This document shows positions 48,488-57,445 of a stretch of 64,000 nucleotides of DNA, piece after piece (position 1 is the first letter of the stretch; every line of letters begins with the position of its first letter). Source of the DNA: Candidatus Micrarchaeota archaeon. GTDB taxonomy: Archaea > Micrarchaeota > Micrarchaeia > CABMEP01. The stretch is from assembly GCA_026413625.1 (NCBI GenBank), contig JAOAKO010000002.1, positions 6,623 through 70,622 on the forward strand. The letters are read 5' to 3'. Both the position numbers and the translations under genes were made by a program. A model generated the notes under the pieces. The model saw only the letters and a program-made list of their open reading frames with translations, was not told where the DNA came from and did no database searches.

Positions 48488-50116
48488 ATGTCAAATAAAG
48501 AACGATTCGTGTTCAAAATGCTAATAATGCTAACGCTAGCATCGGCATTCCTGCTTGCACAGGGAGAGTCTGATCCACTGAATAAAATAATCACTGCAGA
48601 TCAAAAGGCGTGCAATTTTATGCTTTCAACCGATGACTGGAGAATATTGAGCGCCATTGCATTGTTTTTGAGCGCTATGTTCATAGCGGGAATGTACATA
48701 TACGGTTCTGTAATAGACTCTTCATTTATAGATAGGGCGAAAACCGAATCTTATCAACTGGTGTTCACCGGAATTTTAATTGTTTTCTTCGGACTTATAT
48801 TATCTCTAATGTGCGGGGATTTTATTTCCAGCATTTTCCAGTCTCAAGGCTCTGCGTATGTGGCTTCCTATAATTACCTTAACACATTGGCAAAAGATTA
48901 CATACAAAAAACAACAATAAACCTTGCAATTGCAGCCTCAATACTTTCCCTGGTCAGCAGTACCGAGATAGAAGGCTACCAAAAGACGGGAACTTTGCTT
49001 TCCTGGATCTCCGATCCAATTTCGTTCTTTTCTGATTCGCTCTTCCTTTTGTTCGGCTCATTGGTATTTGCATACGTTGTAACAATAACTCAGATTAACA
49101 TACTTGCTATAATACCGTATCTTTCCCTAATGTTTTTCATACCTGTCGGGATGGTTTTCCGTTCGCTATATCCATTTAGAAAGTTCGGAGGCGCACTGAT
49201 AGGATTAGGAATCGGATTGTATGTATTTGTGCCGATAGTGCTGCTATTCAACAACATGATAATGCAGGTTTTCACACCGCCAGATCTAAGCTTCGAACCG
49301 CTTCAATTACAATGCATCGACAACAGCGATTGCTATTCGCATATGTGCGAATATTCCTCTCCGCCAGGGTTCAAAATATGCAAGCCGATGAAGAAGGCCG
49401 GGGAATTTTGTAATTCAAATTTCGAATGCAAATCGGGCATATGCGCCTTGACATCGACAGGTAGGAAATGCTTGGAATGCGGCATAGAAGGCTCGAACAA
49501 TCCGATATGCTGCCCAGGATTCATAAGAAACGAGTCAACAGGATTATGCGCATTCGCCAAATCAAGCAACGAGTTATGTAAAAGCGACAGCGAATGCATA
49601 TCCGGGCGATGCATTCCTTCAGTGAGCGAGACTACAGGCGACCTGCAAACCATATGCGCGCCTAAACTGAAGCTTGGCGAAAGATGCAATTCCGATAGCG
49701 ATTGCATCTCCAATTCATGCGGCGGAGTCGCACCGAATAAAGTATGCAAGAAAACGTTAGTAAATGAAGAGGATAAGCAGATCATACTTGCGAATTATGC
49801 AAACTATCTGAGCAAAGAGCCGAGCAGTTACGTCTCTTCGAATTATGAGGTTTCGGTTTCAGGCATGACCACTGCAAAAGCGGTGCTAGACCAAAGCACT
49901 GTTGAGCAATTTCTAAGTTCGGAATTAGACTTGGGCAAAGAAAAGGTGTCATTGGGGTTGCTTTATGATTTGATAATCGCGCCGATAGTTTTGGTATTTA
50001 TACTTGGCGTATTGCTTCCGCTCCTAAACATAACACTGATTTCAAAAGCAGTTTCAGACTTGTCTGAAACATTTGGCGCAGAAATAGAGATAGCTGAAAT
50101 ATGGAGACTAATATGA
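48488..50116 (+). CDS. Multi-pass membrane protein, CedA/VirB6-like paralog 5, with a Cys-rich repeat insert
   Basis: RAKTESYQL; FIPVGMVFRSLYPFRKFGGALIGLGIGLYVFVP; 20-Cys insert; LSETFGAE..IWRLI. Confidence 0.75.
   Translation: MSNKERFVFKMLIMLTLASAFLLAQGESDPLNKIITADQKACNFMLSTDDWRILSAIALFLSAMFIAGMYIYGSVIDSSFIDRAKTESYQLVFTGILIVFFGLILSLMCGDFISSIFQSQGSAYVASYNYLNTLAKDYIQKTTINLAIAASILSLVSSTEIEGYQKTGTLLSWISDPISFFSDSLFLLFGSLVFAYVVTITQINILAIIPYLSLMFFIPVGMVFRSLYPFRKFGGALIGLGIGLYVFVPIVLLFNNMIMQVFTPPDLSFEPLQLQCIDNSDCYSHMCEYSSPPGFKICKPMKKAGEFCNSNFECKSGICALTSTGRKCLECGIEGSNNPICCPGFIRNESTGLCAFAKSSNELCKSDSECISGRCIPSVSETTGDLQTICAPKLKLGERCNSDSDCISNSCGGVAPNKVCKKTLVNEEDKQIILANYANYLSKEPSSYVSSNYEVSVSGMTTAKAVLDQSTVEQFLSSELDLGKEKVSLGLLYDLIIAPIVLVFILGVLLPLLNITLISKAVSDLSETFGAEIEIAEIWRLI
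49313..49747 (+). repeat. Cys-rich protein repeats (4x C-x5-C-x4-C) within paralog 5
   Basis: CIDNSDCYSHMC, CNSNFECKSGIC, CKSDSECISGRC, CNSDSDCISNSC. Confidence 0.85.
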
Positions 50117-50164
50117 TTTAATATTTATGTTCAATATAAGTATAAATGCAAAAAGGAAGATAAG

Positions 50165-51355
50165 ATGAGATTCACCAAGATATTGCCGATAGTATTCATG
50201 CTTTTAATTCCATTCATAAACGCCCAGCTGCAAAGCGAAGTCGGAAAGCAGTTCCAAGCAGTATGGCAGTCTTCAGGCTTTCCATGGGAACTTTTGGCAA
50301 TAGTTGCAGTGTTTATCGGCTTCAGCTATTCAGCGCTTTCATTCATGCTCTCAAAACTGTTCTCATCCAGCGATCTTGAAAAGATTGCGAAATATGAATT
50401 TCTTTACGCGATTTCGTCCTTGTTTTTAGTCGTTTTCATGATCTTTGTGATAGATATACTTGCCGTAAAATCGGGCCAGTATGTCTACCTCCTGTCACTA
50501 AATCTCGGGGACTCGCCATTCATGCAGAATTTAAAGGCCTACGCCGCAAGTTCGGGATACTCCCCGTTTGTCGTTGCGAAATTTTACCTTGACAGCTCAG
50601 CTGTAATCGCTAGGATGAGGTACCAGGAGGCCTTCTGCGCCGCCTTTCCTTTGATGGCGGTTTCTTCTCTAAGCAAGGAAAAGGGAGCAGACCTTTCGAA
50701 GGTTCCGGACAGCAAAATAAAAGACATGTTTTCATTTTTGACATCAAAAGGGCCTCTGTCTCAGACCGCAATCGCAGGGATAGGTCTATTAATAACTTCT
50801 CTACAGAAGGCAATGTCGAATTTGGCCTATTTGATATATTCAATATATTTCCAACAGCATCTGCTTAGTTTCATACAGAGCACCATGCTCACAATATTTT
50901 TGCCTGCAGGTTTGGTTTTAAGGTCTTTTCCATTCGTTAGGTCTATAGGAAATCTCCTGATCGCCATAGCAATAGGGTTGTATTTCGTGTATCCGATATC
51001 TTACAGCCTGTTCATAGTTATTTCTTCCCAAGGGAATACCCAATTAGGAAAGGTGTTCATAAGCGGGGAGGAGGCGAATATTCCGCTGACATGCGTCAGA
51101 ACCCTAGTTCCGGATTTAATCGTTTCCACCACAACTACAGTTTTCAAAATGATACAGGCTCCGTTTACAGAAAAAATATCGGTTGCTAGCGTGTTGAACG
51201 AGCAGATAAACAGGCTAATAACCGAGCTGATAATGCTTGGATTCGTGTTTCCATTCTTAGCCGCAGTATTAACATACACTTTCATAAAGTCATTCGGAAT
51301 GGTGCTGAACGCAGACATCCAAGAGTTTGCAGAAGGATTAGTCAAATTGATATGA
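50165..51355 (+). CDS. Multi-pass membrane protein, CedA/VirB6-like paralog 6 (signal peptide)
   Basis: IAKYEFLY; FLPAGLVLRSFPFVRSIGNLLIAIAIGLYFVYP; FGMVLNAD..LVKLI. Confidence 0.75.
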   Translation: MRFTKILPIVFMLLIPFINAQLQSEVGKQFQAVWQSSGFPWELLAIVAVFIGFSYSALSFMLSKLFSSSDLEKIAKYEFLYAISSLFLVVFMIFVIDILAVKSGQYVYLLSLNLGDSPFMQNLKAYAASSGYSPFVVAKFYLDSSAVIARMRYQEAFCAAFPLMAVSSLSKEKGADLSKVPDSKIKDMFSFLTSKGPLSQTAIAGIGLLITSLQKAMSNLAYLIYSIYFQQHLLSFIQSTMLTIFLPAGLVLRSFPFVRSIGNLLIAIAIGLYFVYPISYSLFIVISSQGNTQLGKVFISGEEANIPLTCVRTLVPDLIVSTTTTVFKMIQAPFTEKISVASVLNEQINRLITELIMLGFVFPFLAAVLTYTFIKSFGMVLNADIQEFAEGLVKLI

Positions 51356-51414
51356 TTCATAGCAGATAAAAAGTTTATATATAAAATAAGCGTAATAAAA
51401 TCAATGGTGTTTGA

Positions 51415-53862
51415 ATGAAGGCGCGCACTATCATATTGGCATTGGCTTTTACATTGCAGCTTCTCGCATTCATATCTGCACAAGTAAAGACGCAGACCCT
51501 TCTATTGGAATTGAATTACCTTAAGCTGGACAACGATAACTATAATTTTTCAGCCAAGCTTGTTTCAATTTACATTCCGGAATCTAGTCAGACGCTGAAA
51601 GACCAGATAGAGACCGGGAAAGCAGACCCGTCCCAGCTTGTTAGCAAATTTGATTATTCTCCTTTGCCAAGCCAGGAAATAAAAGTCTATTCTATAAGTT
51701 CTTATGACGAGAATGTAAGGGAGCTGCTTTGCATAATGAAAACAGATGAAAATGGAGTTGGAAGTTGTGTGGCCAGAGCGACAGCCGCGACAGATAGGGA
51801 AATCCGCTTTGTCTATGAAGGAGATGAGACCCATGTCAGAACCCAAGGCTCCTTTGCAATAACAGGTTCATTTTCGTCTCCGCCTTTGAAGGATCTAATC
51901 GATGCAAGCTGGATAATTCTATTTATAATAATAGGCGTCTCCATAGCTGCGCTCTATGCTTCAGGAAGAGACCCAACTAGCATTTTAGATATAACCACTC
52001 CAAAAATAAAGGGGGTTAAATCGCCCAAGGCCCAAAAATTAAAATTTGAAGGGAAAGGAAAAGCGATATTAGCCGCATCCTCAGCATTGGCAGGAACAAC
52101 CGCCTTCTTAGGAAGAATGTACTGGAAAGGAAATTTAAACATAAGCGTTCTTAAGACTCTAAACACCACTGAGAAATACCTGTCTCCGCAAGAGAGAAGG
52201 GAAATAAAATCACTATACAACACCACTTCAGTGTTTGCAACTGCAAAGATAGCAGAGAAAGCAGCGGCAGTTAGACCAAAGCTGATTAAAATGATAAACA
52301 GCACCAACAGAAAGCTTCTAAGCAAACAAAAAGCGAAAGCAAAGCTACAGGAACTTAAGAACAGGCTAAAAACAGAAGGGGAGCAATGGAGGCTCCAGGA
52401 AATGGAGAAGAAGATAGATCGCGATATAGAGAGATATACGAGAGAGATACAAACATATGAAAAAGACCTAAGAGCAATGTCTTCAGAGGCATTGATTTCA
52501 TCCATCGGCCTCAACGATATTATTATCGATAGGTTTAAGGAGACAAAAGACACAATTGACAGCAAGATATTGTCTTCATTAATTCAATATATCAATGATC
52601 CAAGGAATGCAAAGCTTAATATCAAGGAAATCAAGGAGTATTCAATATTCTCGACCGATGCAATGGGAATAAAAGACATAGAAGCGGAAAACAGGGTGCA
52701 TTCGGTTTTTCTTGCTAAAATAGAATTAGAGCGCCTTTACATAGCGGAAGCAATAAAGGTACTGAATATAGTTTCAAACAAGTTCGATTCGCTATCCGGG
52801 GAAGAGAAAGCCAAATACTACAAAATATTAAACCTGCTTGAACCAGAAAAAGAAAGGCTTAATCATATAAAGGAAATCTATAAAAACAAGGAGATAATCA
52901 AGGAAAGCATAAAGGATTTAGGGATTGATTATTATCTGAATGAGTTAAAGAACAAGCTGAATTCGCTCAGCGCTGAATCAGAGGAATACAAAAAGCTTAG
53001 CTCCTTAATCGAGCAATTAAAAAACAAAAGCGACGAGGAGAAAATTAAAGAACTTGCAGATGTGCACCATCAAACAGGCGTAAAGCTTCATGATTCATTT
53101 TTGAGCGAAATTGCCAAAGCAAGAGAGAGCTTGAATAACTCAATAAACAACTTTTATTCTGAATATGAAAAGTATCACAAGAAAGAAACAACGGATATTG
53201 AGCAGACCGCTTTGAAGACAATCATAGAGTTTGGAGTTATGTCAAAAAAGGCAGCCGATTACTTTGCTGACATCAATTCAGGAAGAGTTCCTTATAGCCA
53301 TGACTATCCAAAATTGGATCAGGAGTCGGCAAAGAAGATATTTGATATAATCGCAATCAAATACGATCCAGAAATAAATTTCGAAATTTTGTACAACGCG
53401 TATATCTCTCCCTTCATGAAAGAGCACACGGTTGAATTTGCAAAAGAAAGAATTAGATATTTTGAAGACGAAGAAGTCGGAAGGACTGTTTTCGAAAAGC
53501 TGTTCAATGACATATGGTATCTGAGGATAGATCCAAAGGAGGAATATTACAACTTAGATATGAAGCTGATCGGCTATTACGGAGTTGAGAAAGCCTTGCA
53601 AAAGATGGAGACAGAGAAGATTATCCTCCGGGGCGAGCCGGATTGGGAAGGCAAGAAGGCAGCGCTCGACTATGCCGAATACTTCATAAGAACTTACAGT
53701 CCCGATAAGTTGGGCTATGATGAAAAGAAACAGATCGGCTATGAGGAGAAGAAACTTATCGGCTATGAGCAAAAGAAACAAATCGGATACGAATCAAAAA
53801 AACTAATCGAGTATAAAGGGAAAAAGAAGGAAAATTCAAAAGATGATAAGGACAAAGAGTGA
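51415..53862 (+). CDS. Large membrane protein: signal peptide, Ig-like ectodomain, TM helix and long helical/coiled-coil cytoplasmic region
   Basis: Signal MKARTIILALAF..ISA; TDENGVG and FVYEGD Ig-like motifs; TM WIILFIIIGVSIAALY; GRDPTSILDITTP; K/E-rich remainder. Confidence 0.75.
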   Translation: MKARTIILALAFTLQLLAFISAQVKTQTLLLELNYLKLDNDNYNFSAKLVSIYIPESSQTLKDQIETGKADPSQLVSKFDYSPLPSQEIKVYSISSYDENVRELLCIMKTDENGVGSCVARATAATDREIRFVYEGDETHVRTQGSFAITGSFSSPPLKDLIDASWIILFIIIGVSIAALYASGRDPTSILDITTPKIKGVKSPKAQKLKFEGKGKAILAASSALAGTTAFLGRMYWKGNLNISVLKTLNTTEKYLSPQERREIKSLYNTTSVFATAKIAEKAAAVRPKLIKMINSTNRKLLSKQKAKAKLQELKNRLKTEGEQWRLQEMEKKIDRDIERYTREIQTYEKDLRAMSSEALISSIGLNDIIIDRFKETKDTIDSKILSSLIQYINDPRNAKLNIKEIKEYSIFSTDAMGIKDIEAENRVHSVFLAKIELERLYIAEAIKVLNIVSNKFDSLSGEEKAKYYKILNLLEPEKERLNHIKEIYKNKEIIKESIKDLGIDYYLNELKNKLNSLSAESEEYKKLSSLIEQLKNKSDEEKIKELADVHHQTGVKLHDSFLSEIAKARESLNNSINNFYSEYEKYHKKETTDIEQTALKTIIEFGVMSKKAADYFADINSGRVPYSHDYPKLDQESAKKIFDIIAIKYDPEINFEILYNAYISPFMKEHTVEFAKERIRYFEDEEVGRTVFEKLFNDIWYLRIDPKEEYYNLDMKLIGYYGVEKALQKMETEKIILRGEPDWEGKKAALDYAEYFIRTYSPDKLGYDEKKQIGYEEKKLIGYEQKKQIGYESKKLIEYKGKKKENSKDDKDKE
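53710..53817 (+). repeat. 24-nt (8-aa) tandem repeat, about 4.5 copies, at the C-terminus of the 815-aa protein
   Basis: LGYDEKKQ / IGYEEKKL / IGYEQKKQ / IGYESKKL / IEYK. Confidence 0.9.
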
Positions 53863-53868
53863 TCGTAT

Positions 53869-55938
53869 ATGCGCAAAAAATTATTTCTTTTTTCAGTGTT
53901 AGCAATCTTTTTTATTTTGCTGTCTGGCTGCATTAAGAAGGCAGAGCCAATGAGCAGCTATCTTACCGTGGAGCAAGTGAAATATCTTGAGCAGAAGTAT
54001 TCTTCAGTCAACGAATGCACGGCCATGGTGTGCAAATACGAGTCAAAAATTCAATCTATTTGGGATTGGTTCAAAGGAATTTTTACAGGAGTAGAATATC
54101 CTAATATAAAGAATTGCGAATTTAAGAGTTTTAACGTTGAGGCACAGAAAGACAAAAATACTCTTGACATGCTTACTGGAAAATACGGATTGACAAGTTC
54201 AAATAGCGAATTTGTTCAGTCCACAATGGTGGGCGTGGGAGATACGGTATCCGCAGGAGAAGACATGTTCGCAAAATGCAACGGAAATCTAGGCATAAAC
54301 CTCATCGACATATCAGAAATTCCTAAAGTGGGAAATGAAGCACCGTTCAAAACCAAGTTTTTGAATATGCAGTCATGCATTCTAAAGTCTGGAACCATTC
54401 CGTTTTATAAATACGGAAAGGTTGCAATGGACACATCTCTTTTAGGCAACATGCTTAGCAAAATGGGGCCGGTCTTCATTTCGCCAGGCTATGAATACAG
54501 CAAAGCCAGCTTCGACCCATCAATAGTACCGCCCACAGCCGCATTTTCTCAGCTAAATAGCACATGCAGCAACTGCATAATCACCGCAACCATAAAGTAC
54601 GGGGATTTCGACACGATAGAATCATACCGTTCTTCTGGTTTGTTGGTTTGGGAAAGCATTGACGTCATAGCATTTACAGTCAACATAAGTTCCTTTAGCT
54701 CATGCGATCCGTTCATTGTAATCAACAACGAAACAGACTCAATAAAGTGGTTTGCCCAAAATCTAACCGAAAGATATCACAAACCAGTAATAGTCATCGC
54801 TCACGGTAGGGAAGGAAGAAACTCGGCCAATACTTGCGAATGGACAAACAATTCGATCGCAAGATTTTACGAATATCTCATTAAGTACATTCCAGAGCTG
54901 ACATCTTCTGGAGTCATCGCAGTCATCGCTCCAGACGCTTCCCAGCTTCCATCTGACGCATATAAATCGCTCGGATTTTTCTGTACAATTTACTATTCCC
55001 CGGGAGGAACGGCCAGGAATTTTGCATCGTATGCAATTTTCTCAAAGCAAGGCGACAAACCTTCCCTATGCGGAGAATACAACGCTCCGATTAGAATGTT
55101 TTACGAGCCGATAAATTACAGCGCATTGCCTTCCCTTAATGCTAAAAAAGACGAGTCATGCAGCGCAAAGATGGCCCTAGATCTTAGCAGATTTAATGCA
55201 GGCACCTCTTCCAGCGGCATTTGTGCAAAAAACAATCTCACCATCCAAAATATGGCGGCAAAGCATTTCATAGATTCGTCACTTTATATGGCGGTTCTTC
55301 AGAAACTGGGATATTACCAATCTCAGTTTAGCCAAATTCAGCAGTACGAGAAACATTGCGGAACTAAATGCAACGCATATGCAAATGATGAGCAGAAAGA
55401 TCTGTGCTGTCTTGCCGAAACAATGGCATACTACCAAAACAAAACCATAAGCAAAAAAACGAGCATAGGCGATGGCGATCTTGCTTATTTCATTGCCTAC
55501 GGAACACTTAAGGGCGAATCTTCATATAATCAAGAATTCAACAGATACTCCCCGATTCAAATGGCCGAGGAAAGCGATTCGAAACAAATTTCATTGTCTT
55601 TCGCCTCTTCTTCCACGAATTCAAAATCAGCTTATCTGCAAACAGCGCAATGCGACCTGTATATGGCGCTTTGCAAGGATTATAAATTGTTAAGCTATTG
55701 CCAGCTTTATGATCAAATGTGCAAATACCAAACGCCTACGATACCTCCAACGCCAACACCTCCAACACCGCCAGGAAAACCCACTCCACCCGAAACGCCA
55801 ACTTCACCAACTCAACCAACCCAGCCAACCCAGCCCGGAACACCGCCGACAGGTGTAGACCAATTCGTTTATGATCCCAATGTAAAACAAGTACTGAACG
55901 ACGCAGTTGCAATAAGGATTGCCTGCGGCTTCAAATGA
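53869..55938 (+). CDS. Secreted or lipoprotein-like Cys-rich surface protein with a Pro/Thr linker
   Basis: Lipobox-like FFILLSGC; many Cys; PTPTPPTPPGKPTPPETPTSPTQPTQPTQP near the C-terminus (about 55732-55851). Confidence 0.75.
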   Translation: MRKKLFLFSVLAIFFILLSGCIKKAEPMSSYLTVEQVKYLEQKYSSVNECTAMVCKYESKIQSIWDWFKGIFTGVEYPNIKNCEFKSFNVEAQKDKNTLDMLTGKYGLTSSNSEFVQSTMVGVGDTVSAGEDMFAKCNGNLGINLIDISEIPKVGNEAPFKTKFLNMQSCILKSGTIPFYKYGKVAMDTSLLGNMLSKMGPVFISPGYEYSKASFDPSIVPPTAAFSQLNSTCSNCIITATIKYGDFDTIESYRSSGLLVWESIDVIAFTVNISSFSSCDPFIVINNETDSIKWFAQNLTERYHKPVIVIAHGREGRNSANTCEWTNNSIARFYEYLIKYIPELTSSGVIAVIAPDASQLPSDAYKSLGFFCTIYYSPGGTARNFASYAIFSKQGDKPSLCGEYNAPIRMFYEPINYSALPSLNAKKDESCSAKMALDLSRFNAGTSSSGICAKNNLTIQNMAAKHFIDSSLYMAVLQKLGYYQSQFSQIQQYEKHCGTKCNAYANDEQKDLCCLAETMAYYQNKTISKKTSIGDGDLAYFIAYGTLKGESSYNQEFNRYSPIQMAEESDSKQISLSFASSSTNSKSAYLQTAQCDLYMALCKDYKLLSYCQLYDQMCKYQTPTIPPTPTPPTPPGKPTPPETPTSPTQPTQPTQPGTPPTGVDQFVYDPNVKQVLNDAVAIRIACGFK

Positions 55939-55970
55939 TTAAATGCGGCAAAAACAATAAAAAGCAGCTT

Positions 55971-56489
55971 TCATCTCTTAGGTATTATCGTTCTTAATAT
56001 TCCTCCGAATTTCTCCCTTGCCTTTCTAAATATGCCTATCTTTTCTGGGACATAGTTCTCCCAGAACCTGAACACTTTTTCAGCGTCTTTAGTGTCGAAA
56101 AAGAATATTATTGAGTCAAAAGCAGAGGTTACAGCGACTATGTTTATTCTTTGCTTTGCAAGAGGGGCAGTAAGCTTATTCAGCAAGCCCGGAGTGGTAA
56201 CCAGCTCAGGGCCGTTAACGCTTATCATACCGAGCCCCCTTCTTACAGCTATGCTTTCGAATGAACTTTCGGCGGCCTCTTCTGTCAAATATAAGATCGC
56301 CTTGTCGCTTTCCGCCTCGTCTATGAAAATTATCACTTCTTTTTCTCCTGTGGAAATCGCATAAATTTGAATCTTTTTATCCGCCAGCGGTTTAAGAAAT
56401 TTTCCAAGCACTGAAGGGGTGATTCTAGACCTCTCCCCAGTTATGCTTATTGCCGCTATCGGCCTTCGGTAATGTTTGATTGTCAACAT
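55971..56489 (-). CDS. Tandem ACT-domain protein (resembles the aspartokinase regulatory region)
   Basis: AISITG..TPSVLGKFLKPLADKKIQIYAIST repeated as MISVNG..TPGLLNKLTAPLAKQRINIVAVTS. Confidence 0.8.
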   Translation of the reverse strand: MLTIKHYRRPIAAISITGERSRITPSVLGKFLKPLADKKIQIYAISTGEKEVIIFIDEAESDKAILYLTEEAAESSFESIAVRRGLGMISVNGPELVTTPGLLNKLTAPLAKQRINIVAVTSAFDSIIFFFDTKDAEKVFRFWENYVPEKIGIFRKAREKFGGILRTIIPKR

Positions 56490-56517
56490 ACTATAACCTC
56501 TTGCTTTTAACCATACA

Positions 56518-57417
56518 CTAAGAAAACAAAGCCTTAATTCTCTTCTTTAGACTTGGGTGAGTACTTATTATCTCTAGAGGGTTGTCCGGTTCCTTTTCAA
56601 CCGCAGCTAGAATGGCATTCGGATCGTTTTTTGATACCGCGCTAATCAGATTTGTCGAAACAGCGCCGTGTTCTGCAACATACAAAGTACTCAGCGATTC
56701 GTTAGCCCCTTCCTTTGGAATGTCGTATGTTATTTTGACCAATGCCCTTGCAAGCGGCATAGAATCCTTCATGATGTATGCGCTGTGCGCATCTGCGTAG
56801 TATTCTCTCTGCCTTGAAAGCCAGAGAACCACTAACTGACCGAGCAGTCTTGCAAGGATTGCACCTAAAAAGACAGCTATGGGATTCGGCCTTTCGTCTC
56901 TTCCGCTCATGTATGCGACAACTAGATAGTATAACAAAACAGGTATTACGCTTGCTATCGTCATTATGATGACATCGTTGTGCTTAATGTGGCCGACTTC
57001 ATGAGCAATCACTGCCTCCACTTCTTGCTTGTCAAGCCTTCTTAGCAATCCAGTATGAATTGCTATCCCAGCGTCGCTTTTCCCTCTTCCGAATGCAAAT
57101 GCATTTGGTATCGGGCTCTCTACAACATACAGCTTTGGCTTTGGAATCCCAGACTGCTTTGCTATTCTTTCTAATGCGGCATGAAGCTCAGGAGCTTCTG
57201 AAACGGAAACTTCTCTTGCGCCGCTTACCCATCTAACTATTATGGGTCCAAGATACCATTGTATCCCTAAAAAGATAAGACTGAAAAAGAAAACAGTCAG
57301 AACAGATATCTGACCGCCTGTCATTAGCATAATCACTCCAAGAATACCTGCAATAAGACCAAATACCAATGCAGTTGAAATCCATACCTGAATATCTGGG
57401 GAACCCTTTATCATCAT
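56518..57417 (-). CDS. htpX: HtpX-like M48 zinc metalloprotease
   Basis: PNAFAFG, AVIAHEVGH (HExxH), SRQREYYAD, STHP. Confidence 0.93.
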   Translation of the reverse strand: MMIKGSPDIQVWISTALVFGLIAGILGVIMLMTGGQISVLTVFFFSLIFLGIQWYLGPIIVRWVSGAREVSVSEAPELHAALERIAKQSGIPKPKLYVVESPIPNAFAFGRGKSDAGIAIHTGLLRRLDKQEVEAVIAHEVGHIKHNDVIIMTIASVIPVLLYYLVVAYMSGRDERPNPIAVFLGAILARLLGQLVVLWLSRQREYYADAHSAYIMKDSMPLARALVKITYDIPKEGANESLSTLYVAEHGAVSTNLISAVSKNDPNAILAAVEKEPDNPLEIISTHPSLKKRIKALFS

Positions 57418-57445
57418 ATCACCTCTTTTTTATGCTCATTCTTGT

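Noticed and set aside
53710-53817. Possible CRISPR array or non-coding VNTR
   Set aside because: The 24-nt units are contiguous with no spacers, in frame, and vary at synonymous positions, so this is a protein repeat.
55732-55851. C/A-rich low-complexity DNA
   Set aside because: Explained as a Pro/Thr/Gln linker in the 689-aa protein.
43586-55938. Integrated conjugative element or provirus as the explanation for the membrane-protein cluster
   Set aside because: No integrase, relaxase, VirB4, capsid or terminase gene, no flanking tRNA or direct repeats seen, and composition looks like the neighbouring housekeeping genes.
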